IMG/VR virus record: IMGVR_UViG_3300020557_000020 | Location: 1 to 29,769 of that record | Direction: 5' to 3' (one strand) | Length of the DNA stretch: 29,769 nt | Source of the DNA: a virus | Taxonomy: Duplodnaviria; Caudoviricetes | Part shown: positions 1-8,339 of the stretch, in pieces | How the letters are laid out: the number at the start of each line of letters is the position of its first letter | Position numbering within the stretch: the stretch's first letter is position 1 | Made by a program: the position numbers and the translations under genes | Notes under the pieces: generated by a model | Seen by the model: only the letters and a program-made list of their open reading frames with translations | What the model was told of the DNA's origin: nothing | Databases searched by the model: none

Positions 1-74
1 CACCCCCATTAACTGCCCCCCGCCAGCTTATGCGGTCAACGCCCCCACCCCATTTCTAACTTACCTCCCCTATA

Positions 75-103
75 TTGCGCCTGTCATTTTTTTAATGTAC
101 AGT
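75..103 (+). promoter_or_regulatory. candidate sigma70 promoter for the packaging operon
   Basis: TTGCGC(75-80)-N17-TACAGT(98-103) in an AT-rich patch upstream of terS. Confidence 0.4.
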
Positions 104-126
104 CGTCGCCAACTCGGACCTACCCC

Positions 127-687
127 GTGCAAATGACTGAAATTGTTCCGCCTTTGGAACGCGTGCCGATTGAGCCGCTTCCGCATATATCTGAGCGCGA
201 GCGCATCCACGCTGCCGCGCAGACGGCGGTTTCGCTCATGCAATTAGGCGACGATTTCGAGATTACGCCCTATGACGAGGATATAGCGCGGTCTATATTC
301 ACCAGCGGACGTGCGGTCACCCGCACTGAGATGCAAATGCCGGGCGTTGTGGTCAAATTAAACGCGCTACTAGACGAGTATGACTACGCTCTGATAAAAG
401 ACGCAGACCGCATCCGCAACTACGTTATAAACCGGCTTCTCGAAGAGTCTACGGACCCGAAAAAGTCGTTGCGCGCCCTTGAGTTGCTAGGAAAAGTGGC
501 CGCCGTTGACGTGTTTGTCGAGCGGAAAGAGGTTATGCTGACCCATCAGACGACGCAAGACATCGAAAACAGGCTGAAAGACTCCCTTGCGATCCTGCTG
601 AACGCCGAAGATGCGAGTTTTGAGCCTGCCCCGCCCCGCCAACCAGCGGTTAACGTGTCCGACATCGACTTGGACGACGTTTTATGA
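127..687 (+). CDS. probable terminase small subunit
   Basis: 186 aa ORF overlapping the terL start (ATGA). The helical 'LRALELLGK...DVFVERKEV' segment is typical of TerS-like proteins. The start could be ATG 133. Confidence 0.65.
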   Translation: MQMTEIVPPLERVPIEPLPHISERERIHAAAQTAVSLMQLGDDFEITPYDEDIARSIFTSGRAVTRTEMQMPGVVVKLNALLDEYDYALIKDADRIRNYVINRLLEESTDPKKSLRALELLGKVAAVDVFVERKEVMLTHQTTQDIENRLKDSLAILLNAEDASFEPAPPRQPAVNVSDIDLDDVL

Positions 688-3230
688 CCCTTGGGCTGGA
701 CCTGACCCCCGAACAGGTGCGCAAAATCCTGACAAACCTGCATAAACTGCCAGAATCCCAGCAGGCGCAGGTATTACGCGACATAGACGAGCTTACAGAG
801 CGTAAACGCGCCAAGAAACGCCGTGAATCGTTGCTAGACTTCGTTATGCATGTTGATAAAAACTACAAGATTGGTGCCCATCATCGCCATTTGGCGAGCT
901 TGTTAGAAGACATGGCGTTTGGCCGCAAAGACCGCGTCACTGTATCTATGCCGCCGCGCTTTGGTAAGTCGCAACTGACGTCTGTTTACTTCCCTGCGTG
1001 GTACATAGGCAATTTCCCCGATCGCCAGATCATGATGGTGACGCACACGGCTGATTTATCCGTCGATTTCGGTCGTAAAGTGAGAAATATAGTCGACTCC
1101 GATGCGTTTAGGTCTGTTTTTCCTGACGTCACGCTCGCATCAGACTCCAAAAGCGCGGGCAGATGGAATACGAGTCAGGGAGGTGTGTACTACGCTGCGG
1201 GTGTTGGTGGCGCCATTGCAGGTCGCGGTGCGCACTTTCTCTGTATCGATAAAGATGCCCTGGTAATTACGCGGGAGCGCGGGCGGGTGCCTGCGGGTAC
1301 CGTCCAGCCCGGCGAACACGTGTGGGCGTTTAGCGGGTTTAGCGTGGTGCAACGCAGGTTTGTCAACTACGCGGATGCCTTGGTACATGTTGACGGAGTT
1401 GTCATGACGTCTAACCATCCGGTGTGGACGTTCGACGCTGGATGGGTCGAAAGTGGGGCATTGACGACTCGTTCATTATTACATACAATTACGGTATGGT
1501 CGTACACTCGGCTGTATTCGGAGATTTTGTATGGACAAGCGCGTAAAGCATGGGGCGAGTCGTTCTCGGGTTTACAACGTGTGGGCTCTGATGCGCCAGC
1601 GGTGCAACAACCCGAACGCGGCGAACTATCGGTGGTACGGCGAGCGTGGCGTAAAGTGTTGCGACGCGTGGAAAAGCTTTGCGGTATTTTTGGACGATAT
1701 GGGGTATCCCCCGTTCGAGAAAGCCAAGCTGGACCGCGTGGATTCCGATGGGGACTATTGCAAGTCAAACTGTCGTTGGGTGGACGACGTCGCGCAAGCA
1801 CGGAACCGGCGCAACAACGTGATGCTGACAGCGTTCGGGAAAACGCAGTGCATGTCAGCCTGGGCCGAGGAAACGGGAATGACGGTGGACCAAGTGCGCC
1901 ACCGAGTTCTACGGCTGGGGATGCCTCCGGAAGCGGCGTTTACGGCGGCACGGATGAGTTGGGTGCAGCGCCACGTTCGACGGACGAATTTGGATGGCTC
2001 CAACGCGCGGGCGTTTTCTTCATTAGCCGATGCCGCAAAAGGCTCGGGGGTGGTGAAGGGGTCGTTATGGGCGGCTTTGAAGCGCTCATCGCCAGTAGAG
2101 TTTTCGGGTTACTTGTGGGAGTACGCCGAGTAAAGACACTGGACCTGGCACCTGTGTCGTCAACTGAAGTAGTTAACTTCCAAGTAGCTGATAGTAATAC
2201 GTATTATGTGGGTGGATTGATAACCCATAATTGTATCGACGATGCCGTCAACGAGCAAGATATACTTAACAGTAACATGGACGTGCTGGATAAAGCTTAC
2301 GATTGGTATGCTTATGGCGCGCGTACTCGTTTGATGCCCAACGGCTGCGTAGCTATTGTAGGTACGCGCTGGGCGCAGAACGATCTGATCGGGCGCGTTG
2401 TGCAAGACATGGTGCGTAACCCCGACTCGGATCAGTGGGAAGTAGTTGAGTTTCCGGCAGTGTTTGAAAAAACGGAAGCTGACGGCACCCGGACGACGTC
2501 GTCGTTATGGCCGGAGCAGTGGAGTGTTGAGTCGCTATTGCGAACGAAGGCGTCGATGCCGCCGTTCCAGTGGAGCGCCCAGTACATGCAGTTGCCGACC
2601 TCGGCGGAAGCGGCGATCATCAAGCGGGAGTGGTGGCAGCCTTGGGAAGCGGATGAGCCCCCGACGTGCGACTACATTATCATGTCGTTGGATGCTGCCG
2701 CAGAGAAAACAACACGGTCAGACTTTACGGCGCTGACTACGTGGGGGGTGTTTACGCGCGATGGCGAGGACGGGTACCCTGTAAATCACATTATCTTGCT
2801 CAATTCGATCAAGGAGCGCTGGGAATTTCCGACGCTCAAGCGGCGGGCCTACGAGGAATACAACGAGTGGAAGCCAGACTGGTTCGTAGTTGAGAAGAAG
2901 TCTGCGGGTACGCAGTTGTACCAAGAGATGCGGGCAGCAGGTGTCCCTGTGCAAGAATTCACTCCACATCGCGGTTCAGGTGACAAGACGGCCCGTCTCA
3001 ACTCTGTGTCTGATATATTTGCATCCGGTATGGTATGGTATCCTGCCGGTAGACGGTGGGCTGAAGAGGTTGTCGATGAGGTGTGCGGGTTCCCCGCGAT
3101 GCCGAATGATGACCTGTGTGACTCTACCGTCATGGCGCTAATGCGGTTCCGCAACGGCGGGTTTATCCAACTACCGGGCGACCGCTGGGACGACGCTCCC
3201 TATAAGGCGCGGCGCGCTGCATACTACTGA
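684..3230 (+). CDS. terL: terminase large subunit, intein-containing (848 aa precursor, about 518 aa after splicing)
   Basis: Walker A 'MPPRFGKS'; 'GRGAHFL|CIDD' Walker B after intein removal; 'IVGTRW' coupling motif; RNase H-like nuclease acidic motifs 'SLDAA', 'VVEKK', 'DDLCDS'. Confidence 0.95.
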   Translation: MTLGLDLTPEQVRKILTNLHKLPESQQAQVLRDIDELTERKRAKKRRESLLDFVMHVDKNYKIGAHHRHLASLLEDMAFGRKDRVTVSMPPRFGKSQLTSVYFPAWYIGNFPDRQIMMVTHTADLSVDFGRKVRNIVDSDAFRSVFPDVTLASDSKSAGRWNTSQGGVYYAAGVGGAIAGRGAHFLCIDKDALVITRERGRVPAGTVQPGEHVWAFSGFSVVQRRFVNYADALVHVDGVVMTSNHPVWTFDAGWVESGALTTRSLLHTITVWSYTRLYSEILYGQARKAWGESFSGLQRVGSDAPAVQQPERGELSVVRRAWRKVLRRVEKLCGIFGRYGVSPVRESQAGPRGFRWGLLQVKLSLGGRRRASTEPAQQRDADSVRENAVHVSLGRGNGNDGGPSAPPSSTAGDASGSGVYGGTDELGAAPRSTDEFGWLQRAGVFFISRCRKRLGGGEGVVMGGFEALIASRVFGLLVGVRRVKTLDLAPVSSTEVVNFQVADSNTYYVGGLITHNCIDDAVNEQDILNSNMDVLDKAYDWYAYGARTRLMPNGCVAIVGTRWAQNDLIGRVVQDMVRNPDSDQWEVVEFPAVFEKTEADGTRTTSSLWPEQWSVESLLRTKASMPPFQWSAQYMQLPTSAEAAIIKREWWQPWEADEPPTCDYIIMSLDAAAEKTTRSDFTALTTWGVFTRDGEDGYPVNHIILLNSIKERWEFPTLKRRAYEEYNEWKPDWFVVEKKSAGTQLYQEMRAAGVPVQEFTPHRGSGDKTARLNSVSDIFASGMVWYPAGRRWAEEVVDEVCGFPAMPNDDLCDSTVMALMRFRNGGFIQLPGDRWDDAPYKARRAAYY
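1461..1489 (+). promoter_or_regulatory. sigma70-like promoter inside the intein coding sequence, upstream of the nested endonuclease
   Basis: TTGACG(1461-1466)-N17-TACAAT(1484-1489); SD GGAG at 1520-1523, 7 nt before ATG 1531. Confidence 0.75.
1531..2133 (+). CDS. HNH-like homing endonuclease with a C-terminal NUMOD1-like DNA-binding domain, nested in the +1 frame of the intein
   Basis: 'VYNVWALMRQRCNNPN..NYRWYGERGVKCCDAW' and 'LDRVDSDGDYCKSNCRW...QARNRR' match a common phage HNH-like family; 'FSSLADAAKGSGV...FSGYLWEY' is NUMOD1-like; has its own SD and promoter. Confidence 0.88.
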   Translation: MDKRVKHGASRSRVYNVWALMRQRCNNPNAANYRWYGERGVKCCDAWKSFAVFLDDMGYPPFEKAKLDRVDSDGDYCKSNCRWVDDVAQARNRRNNVMLTAFGKTQCMSAWAEETGMTVDQVRHRVLRLGMPPEAAFTAARMSWVQRHVRRTNLDGSNARAFSSLADAAKGSGVVKGSLWAALKRSSPVEFSGYLWEYAE

Positions 3231-3240
3231 GGAATAAACT

Positions 3241-5709
3241 ATGGCGATGGAAAAAGGTCTTTACCAAGCCCCTATGGGCCTAGAAAACGCAGCGATGATG
3301 GGCGAGCCGCCGATCGAGATTGAGATCGAAGATCCGGAGTCCGTGCGCATCCAAGCGGGCGGGATGGAGCTTGAGTTAACCCCGGACGACGAGACGGGCG
3401 AGGATTTCGACGCTAACCTGGCGGAGTATCTGGACGAGAACGTTCTTGGCCGCATCAGCGAAGAGCTTCAGGAGTATTACAGCACGGACATCGGCTCCCG
3501 CAAGGAGTGGGAAGACACGTATCAGGAAGGCATTGACCTGCTCGGTCTCAAGATCGAGGAGCGTACGGAGCCGTGGGACGGAGCGTGTGGTGTTAGCCAT
3601 CCGATCCTGGCAGAGGCGGTAGTCAAGTTCCAGTCCGAGACGATCATGGAGACGTTCCCGGCGAGTGGCCCTGTGAAGTGCAAAATCGTAGGCCGGGTGA
3701 CCCGTGAGAAGGAAGAAGCGGCGGAGCGCGTTCGTGACGATATGAACTATTACCTGACGGAGAAGATGACCGACTACCGTCCGGAGCATGAGCGACTGCT
3801 GTGGAACCTGCCGATCGCGGGTTGCGCGTTGAAGAAGGTGTATCAGGACCCGTTCTTGAAGCGCCCTGTGGCGTTGTTTGTACCTGCTGAAGACTTCATC
3901 GTCCCCTACGGCGCTACGGACTTGTTGTCCGCGCCGCGTTACGCCCACCGCATGAAGAAGCCCAAGAACGAGATGCGCAAGCTGATGGTGGCCGGGTTCT
4001 ACCGCGACGTGGAGCTGGGTGAGCCGACACAGGATACGGACGAGATCCGTAAGCGCAAAGATGACTATGCGGGCATGGATGCGGCTAAAGATGACCGTTT
4101 CACGCTGCTGGAGTACCACGTAGACCTCGATATTGAAGGCTACGAAGACACAGATAAGGATGGGGAGTACACGGGCATCGCGCTGCCCTACGTCGTACAT
4201 ATGGAGAAAGGCACCGGTAAGGTTCTGGCCGTTTACCGTAACTGGAAAGAGGACGACGACACCAAACAGAAGCGCATCCACTTCAGTAAGTACGGCTACA
4301 TCCCCGGGTTCGGGTTTTACGACTTTGGTCTGATCCACCTCGTTGGTGGGTTCGCCAAGGGCGCTACTTCGTTGCTCCGCCAACTGGTGGACGCAGGCAC
4401 ATTGAGCAACCTCCCAGGGGGTTTGAAATCGCGGGGCCTACGCATTAAGGGCGACGATACGCCGATTGCTCCGGGTGAGTTCCGTGACGTCGATGTGCCG
4501 AGCGGAGCGATCAAGGAAAACATCATGACGCTGCCGTATAAAGAGCCGTCGATGGTGTTGTACCAGTTGCTTGAGAACATCGTGGCCGAAGGCCGTCGGT
4601 TCGCCGCTGTGGCTGACGTTAACGTAGCGGATATGCAGCCCAACGCTCCGGTAGGCTCTACGCTTGCTGTGCTCGAGCGCACGCTGAAGACTATGAGCGC
4701 GATCCAAGCGCGCGTCCATGCAGCGATGAAGCAGGAATTCAAAATCATCAAGACGATGGTGCAGGAGTACGCTCCGGCTGAGTACAGCTACGATGTGGAT
4801 GCTCCGGAAGGCGCTAAGGCGAAGCAGTCGGACTACGACATTGTCGACATTATCCCGGTGTCAGACCCCAATGCGTCGACTATGTCGCAGCGTATCGCGC
4901 AGTATCAAGCGGTACTGCAACTGGCTCAGACCGCTCCGCAGTTGTATGACTTGCCGGTACTGCATCGTCAGATGGTGGAAGCCCTTGGGGTGCGCAACGC
5001 GGACAAACTGGTGCCCAACCAAGATGATATTAAGCCGATGGACCCGGTGTCCGAGAACATGGCGGTGATTAAGGGCGATCCGATCAAGGCGTTTATGTAC
5101 CAAGACCACGAGGCGCATATCGCTACGCACATGGCGTTCGCGCAAGACCCGAAGATCCAGCAGATCATGCAGAACGATCCGGGGGCGCAAACCAAGATGG
5201 CGGCTGGATCGGCTCACATCGCGGAGCATGTGGCGTTCGCTTACCGGGCTGAGATCGAGAAGCAGCTTGGTGTGGCGCTGCCTCCGCCTGACGAGAAGCT
5301 GCCGGAGGATGTTGAGGTTGACCTGTCGCGTCTGACCGCGCAGGCTGCACAGCGCCTGTTGCAGAAGAATCAGGCCGAGGCTCAGCAACAGCAGGCGCAA
5401 CAACAGATGCAAGATCCGATAGTCCAGATGCAGATGCAAGAGCTTCAGATCAAGCAGGGCGAGCTTCAGCGCAAGACGCAGAAAGACCAGATGGACCACG
5501 AGATCGAGAAACAACGGTTGATAATCGAGCTGGAGCGCATCGCGTCGTCTGAGAAAACTCAGGGCGCGCAGTTGGGAGCCCGGGTTGTTGACAGCGCGAA
5601 CAAAGCGGTCTTGCAGCAAGAGAAACTGAGTGACGCCAAGAAGCTTGAAGGCTTCCGGGCTGGGATGACGGCCAGTAGGCCGCCGAAACCGACTCCGAAC
5701 GTGGAGTAA
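3241..5709 (+). CDS. portal protein
   Basis: 822 aa ORF after terL with SD GAGGA; 'EPWDGACGVSHPILAEAVVKFQ' and 'GFYDFGLIHLVGG' segments; Q-rich coiled-coil C-terminus as in podovirus portals. Confidence 0.85.
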   Translation: MAMEKGLYQAPMGLENAAMMGEPPIEIEIEDPESVRIQAGGMELELTPDDETGEDFDANLAEYLDENVLGRISEELQEYYSTDIGSRKEWEDTYQEGIDLLGLKIEERTEPWDGACGVSHPILAEAVVKFQSETIMETFPASGPVKCKIVGRVTREKEEAAERVRDDMNYYLTEKMTDYRPEHERLLWNLPIAGCALKKVYQDPFLKRPVALFVPAEDFIVPYGATDLLSAPRYAHRMKKPKNEMRKLMVAGFYRDVELGEPTQDTDEIRKRKDDYAGMDAAKDDRFTLLEYHVDLDIEGYEDTDKDGEYTGIALPYVVHMEKGTGKVLAVYRNWKEDDDTKQKRIHFSKYGYIPGFGFYDFGLIHLVGGFAKGATSLLRQLVDAGTLSNLPGGLKSRGLRIKGDDTPIAPGEFRDVDVPSGAIKENIMTLPYKEPSMVLYQLLENIVAEGRRFAAVADVNVADMQPNAPVGSTLAVLERTLKTMSAIQARVHAAMKQEFKIIKTMVQEYAPAEYSYDVDAPEGAKAKQSDYDIVDIIPVSDPNASTMSQRIAQYQAVLQLAQTAPQLYDLPVLHRQMVEALGVRNADKLVPNQDDIKPMDPVSENMAVIKGDPIKAFMYQDHEAHIATHMAFAQDPKIQQIMQNDPGAQTKMAAGSAHIAEHVAFAYRAEIEKQLGVALPPPDEKLPEDVEVDLSRLTAQAAQRLLQKNQAEAQQQQAQQQMQDPIVQMQMQELQIKQGELQRKTQKDQMDHEIEKQRLIIELERIASSEKTQGAQLGARVVDSANKAVLQQEKLSDAKKLEGFRAGMTASRPPKPTPNVE

Positions 5710-5712
5710 CGC

Positions 5713-5901
5713 ATGATCGACCCATTCGTAGAGCACCTACGCAAAAGAATCAGGGAAGAAGCCGCATCTGTGTCAGACGTATTGACTACGGGCGGGGCTA
5801 AAACCTTTGATGAGTACCGTCATCTGACGGGCATCCTTCACGGGCTGGCTATCGTCGAACGTGAAATTAACGACCTTATGGACGCACTTAACAAGGAGTA
5901 A
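5713..5901 (+). CDS. hypothetical protein (small helical, head module)
   Basis: 62 aa ORF tightly packed between portal and GroES; GGAG upstream. Confidence 0.7.
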   Translation: MIDPFVEHLRKRIREEAASVSDVLTTGGAKTFDEYRHLTGILHGLAIVEREINDLMDALNKE

Positions 5902-5903
5902 TC

Positions 5904-6275
5904 ATGTCTACAGTCGAGCAGACTGCAACTGACGAGCAGATGGACGCAGGGCTACCTAAACCCATCGGCTACAAGATCTTGATCGCATTACCCGAGATCG
6001 AAGAGACGTACGAGAGCGGCATTATTAAAGCCGATATGACGCGCAAACACGAGGAAGTATCTACCGTAATTGGCGCTGTGTTGGAGCTAGGCCCAGATGC
6101 CTACAAAGACGCGTCCAAGTTCCCGAATGGTCCGTGGTGTAAGGAAGGTGATTTTGTCATCATCCGAGCGTACTCGGGCACTCGGTTCAAGCTGTACGGT
6201 AAAGAGTTCCGTTTGATTAACGATGACACCGTGGAAGGCATTGTTGCTGACCCCCGTGGCTATTCTCGTGTATGA
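5904..6275 (+). CDS. groES: co-chaperonin GroES-like protein
   Basis: 'PKPIGYKILI', mobile loop 'ETYESGII', 'GAVLELGPDAY', 'KEGDFVII..YSGT', 'RLINDDTVEGIV'; SD AAGGAG. Confidence 0.88.
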   Translation: MSTVEQTATDEQMDAGLPKPIGYKILIALPEIEETYESGIIKADMTRKHEEVSTVIGAVLELGPDAYKDASKFPNGPWCKEGDFVIIRAYSGTRFKLYGKEFRLINDDTVEGIVADPRGYSRV

Positions 6276-6283
6276 GGTGAATC

Positions 6284-7240
6284 ATGGCAAACGAAGAAAT
6301 CATGGCCCCGCTTGATTTGAGCGGTAACGACGTAGACGCGCAGTACGACGAGGACAATGAAGCCCCTGAATCCGCGCCGGGCGTTGATGTAGAGGTCGTC
6401 GACGACACTCCCGCTTCCGACCGGGGCCGCGCTCCGCTACCGGATGATGTTAAGCAGCGTCTCGACGATGACGATGAAACCGAAGAGTATTCCCATAAGG
6501 TCAAGCAGCGCATCGACCAGATGAAAAAGGCGTGGCACGACGAGCGCCGTGCTAAGGAAGCGGCACTCCGTGAGCGCGAAGAGGCTATTCGTGTGGCGCA
6601 GACCGCGTACCAAGAGCGCGTGGCATACCAGCAGCGGCTTCAGGAAGGCGAGACGTGGGCTATTGAGCAGGCGAAGCAACGCGCAGCGCTTCAGCTGGAA
6701 CAAGCCAAGCGGGCGTATCGGGAGGCATACGAGGCAGGCGACTCAGAGCGGCTAGTGGACGCGCAGCAGGCGATGAGTACGACTACGCTGGAAGTAGACC
6801 GATTAAATCAATACCGTCCACAATATGCTTTACAATCAGCACAAAACGCGGTATACACGCAACAACAGACCGAACCGGAGCGTTACGTTCCACCCGAACC
6901 GGACTCCCGCACTCAGGAGTGGGGTGAGCGAAACAAATGGTTTGGCGCTGATGATGAGATGACCAGCTTTGCGTTGGGCGTCCACAAACGGTTGGTTGAT
7001 GAGGGCGTTTCGCCTAACACCGACGAGTATTACGAGCGTATTGACGCTCGCATGAGAACTGTGTTCCCGGACAAGTTCGGGAGCAAAAAGCGGCAATCCT
7101 CTACTGTTGTCGCGCCGGTAGGTCGTTCTCCTAAAGGCAAGAAGGTAGTGCTGACTCAAACGCAGGTCTCTCTCGCTAAGCGACTGGGGATTACCCCCGA
7201 AGCGTATGCCCGCGAACTTGTTAAACAACAGGAGATGTAA
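6284..7240 (+). CDS. probable capsid scaffolding protein
   Basis: Acidic N-terminus, long coiled-coil, 'WGERNKWFG' segment and C-terminal 'LAKRLGITPEAYA'; located between portal and capsid genes. Confidence 0.7.
   Translation: MANEEIMAPLDLSGNDVDAQYDEDNEAPESAPGVDVEVVDDTPASDRGRAPLPDDVKQRLDDDDETEEYSHKVKQRIDQMKKAWHDERRAKEAALREREEAIRVAQTAYQERVAYQQRLQEGETWAIEQAKQRAALQLEQAKRAYREAYEAGDSERLVDAQQAMSTTTLEVDRLNQYRPQYALQSAQNAVYTQQQTEPERYVPPEPDSRTQEWGERNKWFGADDEMTSFALGVHKRLVDEGVSPNTDEYYERIDARMRTVFPDKFGSKKRQSSTVVAPVGRSPKGKKVVLTQTQVSLAKRLGITPEAYARELVKQQEM
6829..6857 (+). promoter_or_regulatory. candidate internal promoter within the scaffold gene
   Basis: TTTACA(6829-6834)-N17-TATACA(6852-6857) in a local AT-rich patch. 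Confidence 0.45.
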
Positions 7241-7242
7241 AA

Positions 7243-7686
7243 ATGGCTCGTGAGAATCGTGATCTGCAAACCCGCGAATCAATGTCGCGCAAGAAGCTGT
7301 GGCAACCGGCTGATCTGTTGCCTTCGCCTACCCCGCTAGAGGGGTATGAGTTTCGTTGGATTCGTAAGTCCATGATGGGACAATCCGACCCGACGAACAC
7401 TTCGCGTAGCTTCCGCGAAGGTTGGGAACCATGCCGTCTCGAAGACCACTCGGAACTGGCGCTGTCCGTTGACAGCGATGCCAAGAACTCCGGACTGGTT
7501 GAAGTGGGAGGGTTGATTCTTTGTAAAATGCCGACGGAAATGGTGCTGGCACGCAACGCGTACTACCAGCAACACACGCAGGCACAAATTGAATCGGTGG
7601 AACACAGCCTGATGCGTGAGAACGACCCTCGGATGCCGCTGTTTAAGGACAGCAAGTCCTCGGTCACTTTTGGTCGTGGCTCGTAA
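7243..7686 (+). CDS. hypothetical head-module protein
   Basis: 147 aa ORF with SD GGAG; 'GYEFRWIR...REGWEP...EVGGLILCKMP' segment. Confidence 0.75.
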   Translation: MARENRDLQTRESMSRKKLWQPADLLPSPTPLEGYEFRWIRKSMMGQSDPTNTSRSFREGWEPCRLEDHSELALSVDSDAKNSGLVEVGGLILCKMPTEMVLARNAYYQQHTQAQIESVEHSLMRENDPRMPLFKDSKSSVTFGRGS

Positions 7687-7719
7687 GAGTCGTAAACTTT
7701 TTTAATTTAGGAGATCAAC

Positions 7720-8331
7720 ATGGCAACTACTGCTGCTCCGTACGGGCTCAAACCCGTCAATCGTGTTGATGGTATGCCGTATGCTGGCGCGACTCAGGCT
7801 TGCCTGATCGACCCGGCTGGTGAAGCCACCAACTTGTTCTATGGCCAAGTCGTCATCATCGGCGCTGATGGTTATATCGCTCTTGCTACGGGTACGGGTG
7901 CAGACCTGACCACCAATAGCATCAGTGGCACCACTGGCGTTGGCGCTATCGGCGTGTTCGTAGGCTGTTCTTATGTCAACACACAGGGTCAACAAGTGTG
8001 GTCGCAGTACTATCCGTCTGCCACCGCTAACGGCGGCGCCATTACGGCTTACGTCGTGACCGACCCGAACGTTGTATTCCAAGGTCAGCTGGATGGTTCC
8101 GGTGCACAAGCTGTTTTGGGCGCTAACACCTTCTTCGCCGCTGCTCAGTCCACCAGCACGGGTTCTACCCAAACTGGTAACTCGACCTCGGCTCTGGACG
8201 CTACTGTTCAAACCGCTGCCGCTGCGTTCCGTATTGTGGGCTTTGCGTCCACTCCGGGTGATGCTTACACCGACGTGTTGGTTAAGTTCAACCCCGGTGC
8301 GCATCAGTACACCAACAACGTCGGCCTGTAA
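7720..8331 (+). CDS. putative capsid decoration / minor structural protein
   Basis: A/T/G-rich 203 aa ORF with strong SD AGGAG and strongly biased codons; upstream of the major capsid gene. Confidence 0.6.
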   Translation: MATTAAPYGLKPVNRVDGMPYAGATQACLIDPAGEATNLFYGQVVIIGADGYIALATGTGADLTTNSISGTTGVGAIGVFVGCSYVNTQGQQVWSQYYPSATANGGAITAYVVTDPNVVFQGQLDGSGAQAVLGANTFFAAAQSTSTGSTQTGNSTSALDATVQTAAAAFRIVGFASTPGDAYTDVLVKFNPGAHQYTNNVGL

Positions 8332-8339
8332 GGTTTTAA

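Larger units (their letters stand above)
1242..2231 (+). mobile_element. intein (330 aa) in the TerL Walker B motif
   Basis: Block A starts with Cys (CIDKDALV, 1242); block B TxxH (MTSNHPVWT); block F 'VVNFQVADSNTYYVGG'; block G 'LITHN' ends at 2231; the +1 residue is Cys (CIDD). Confidence 0.92.

Noticed and set aside
1242-2231. Group I intron interpretation of the terL insertion
   Set aside because: The frame is continuous with full intein motifs at both junctions, and no intron core elements were recognised
3108-3126. DDLCDS in the TerL nuclease motif as a vacated intein site
   Set aside because: A Cys at this position alone is not sufficient evidence
3376-5736. Long minus-strand ORFs (335 aa, 291 aa) opposite the portal gene
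   Set aside because: Antisense shadows of a codon-biased GC-rich gene, with no motifs or SD
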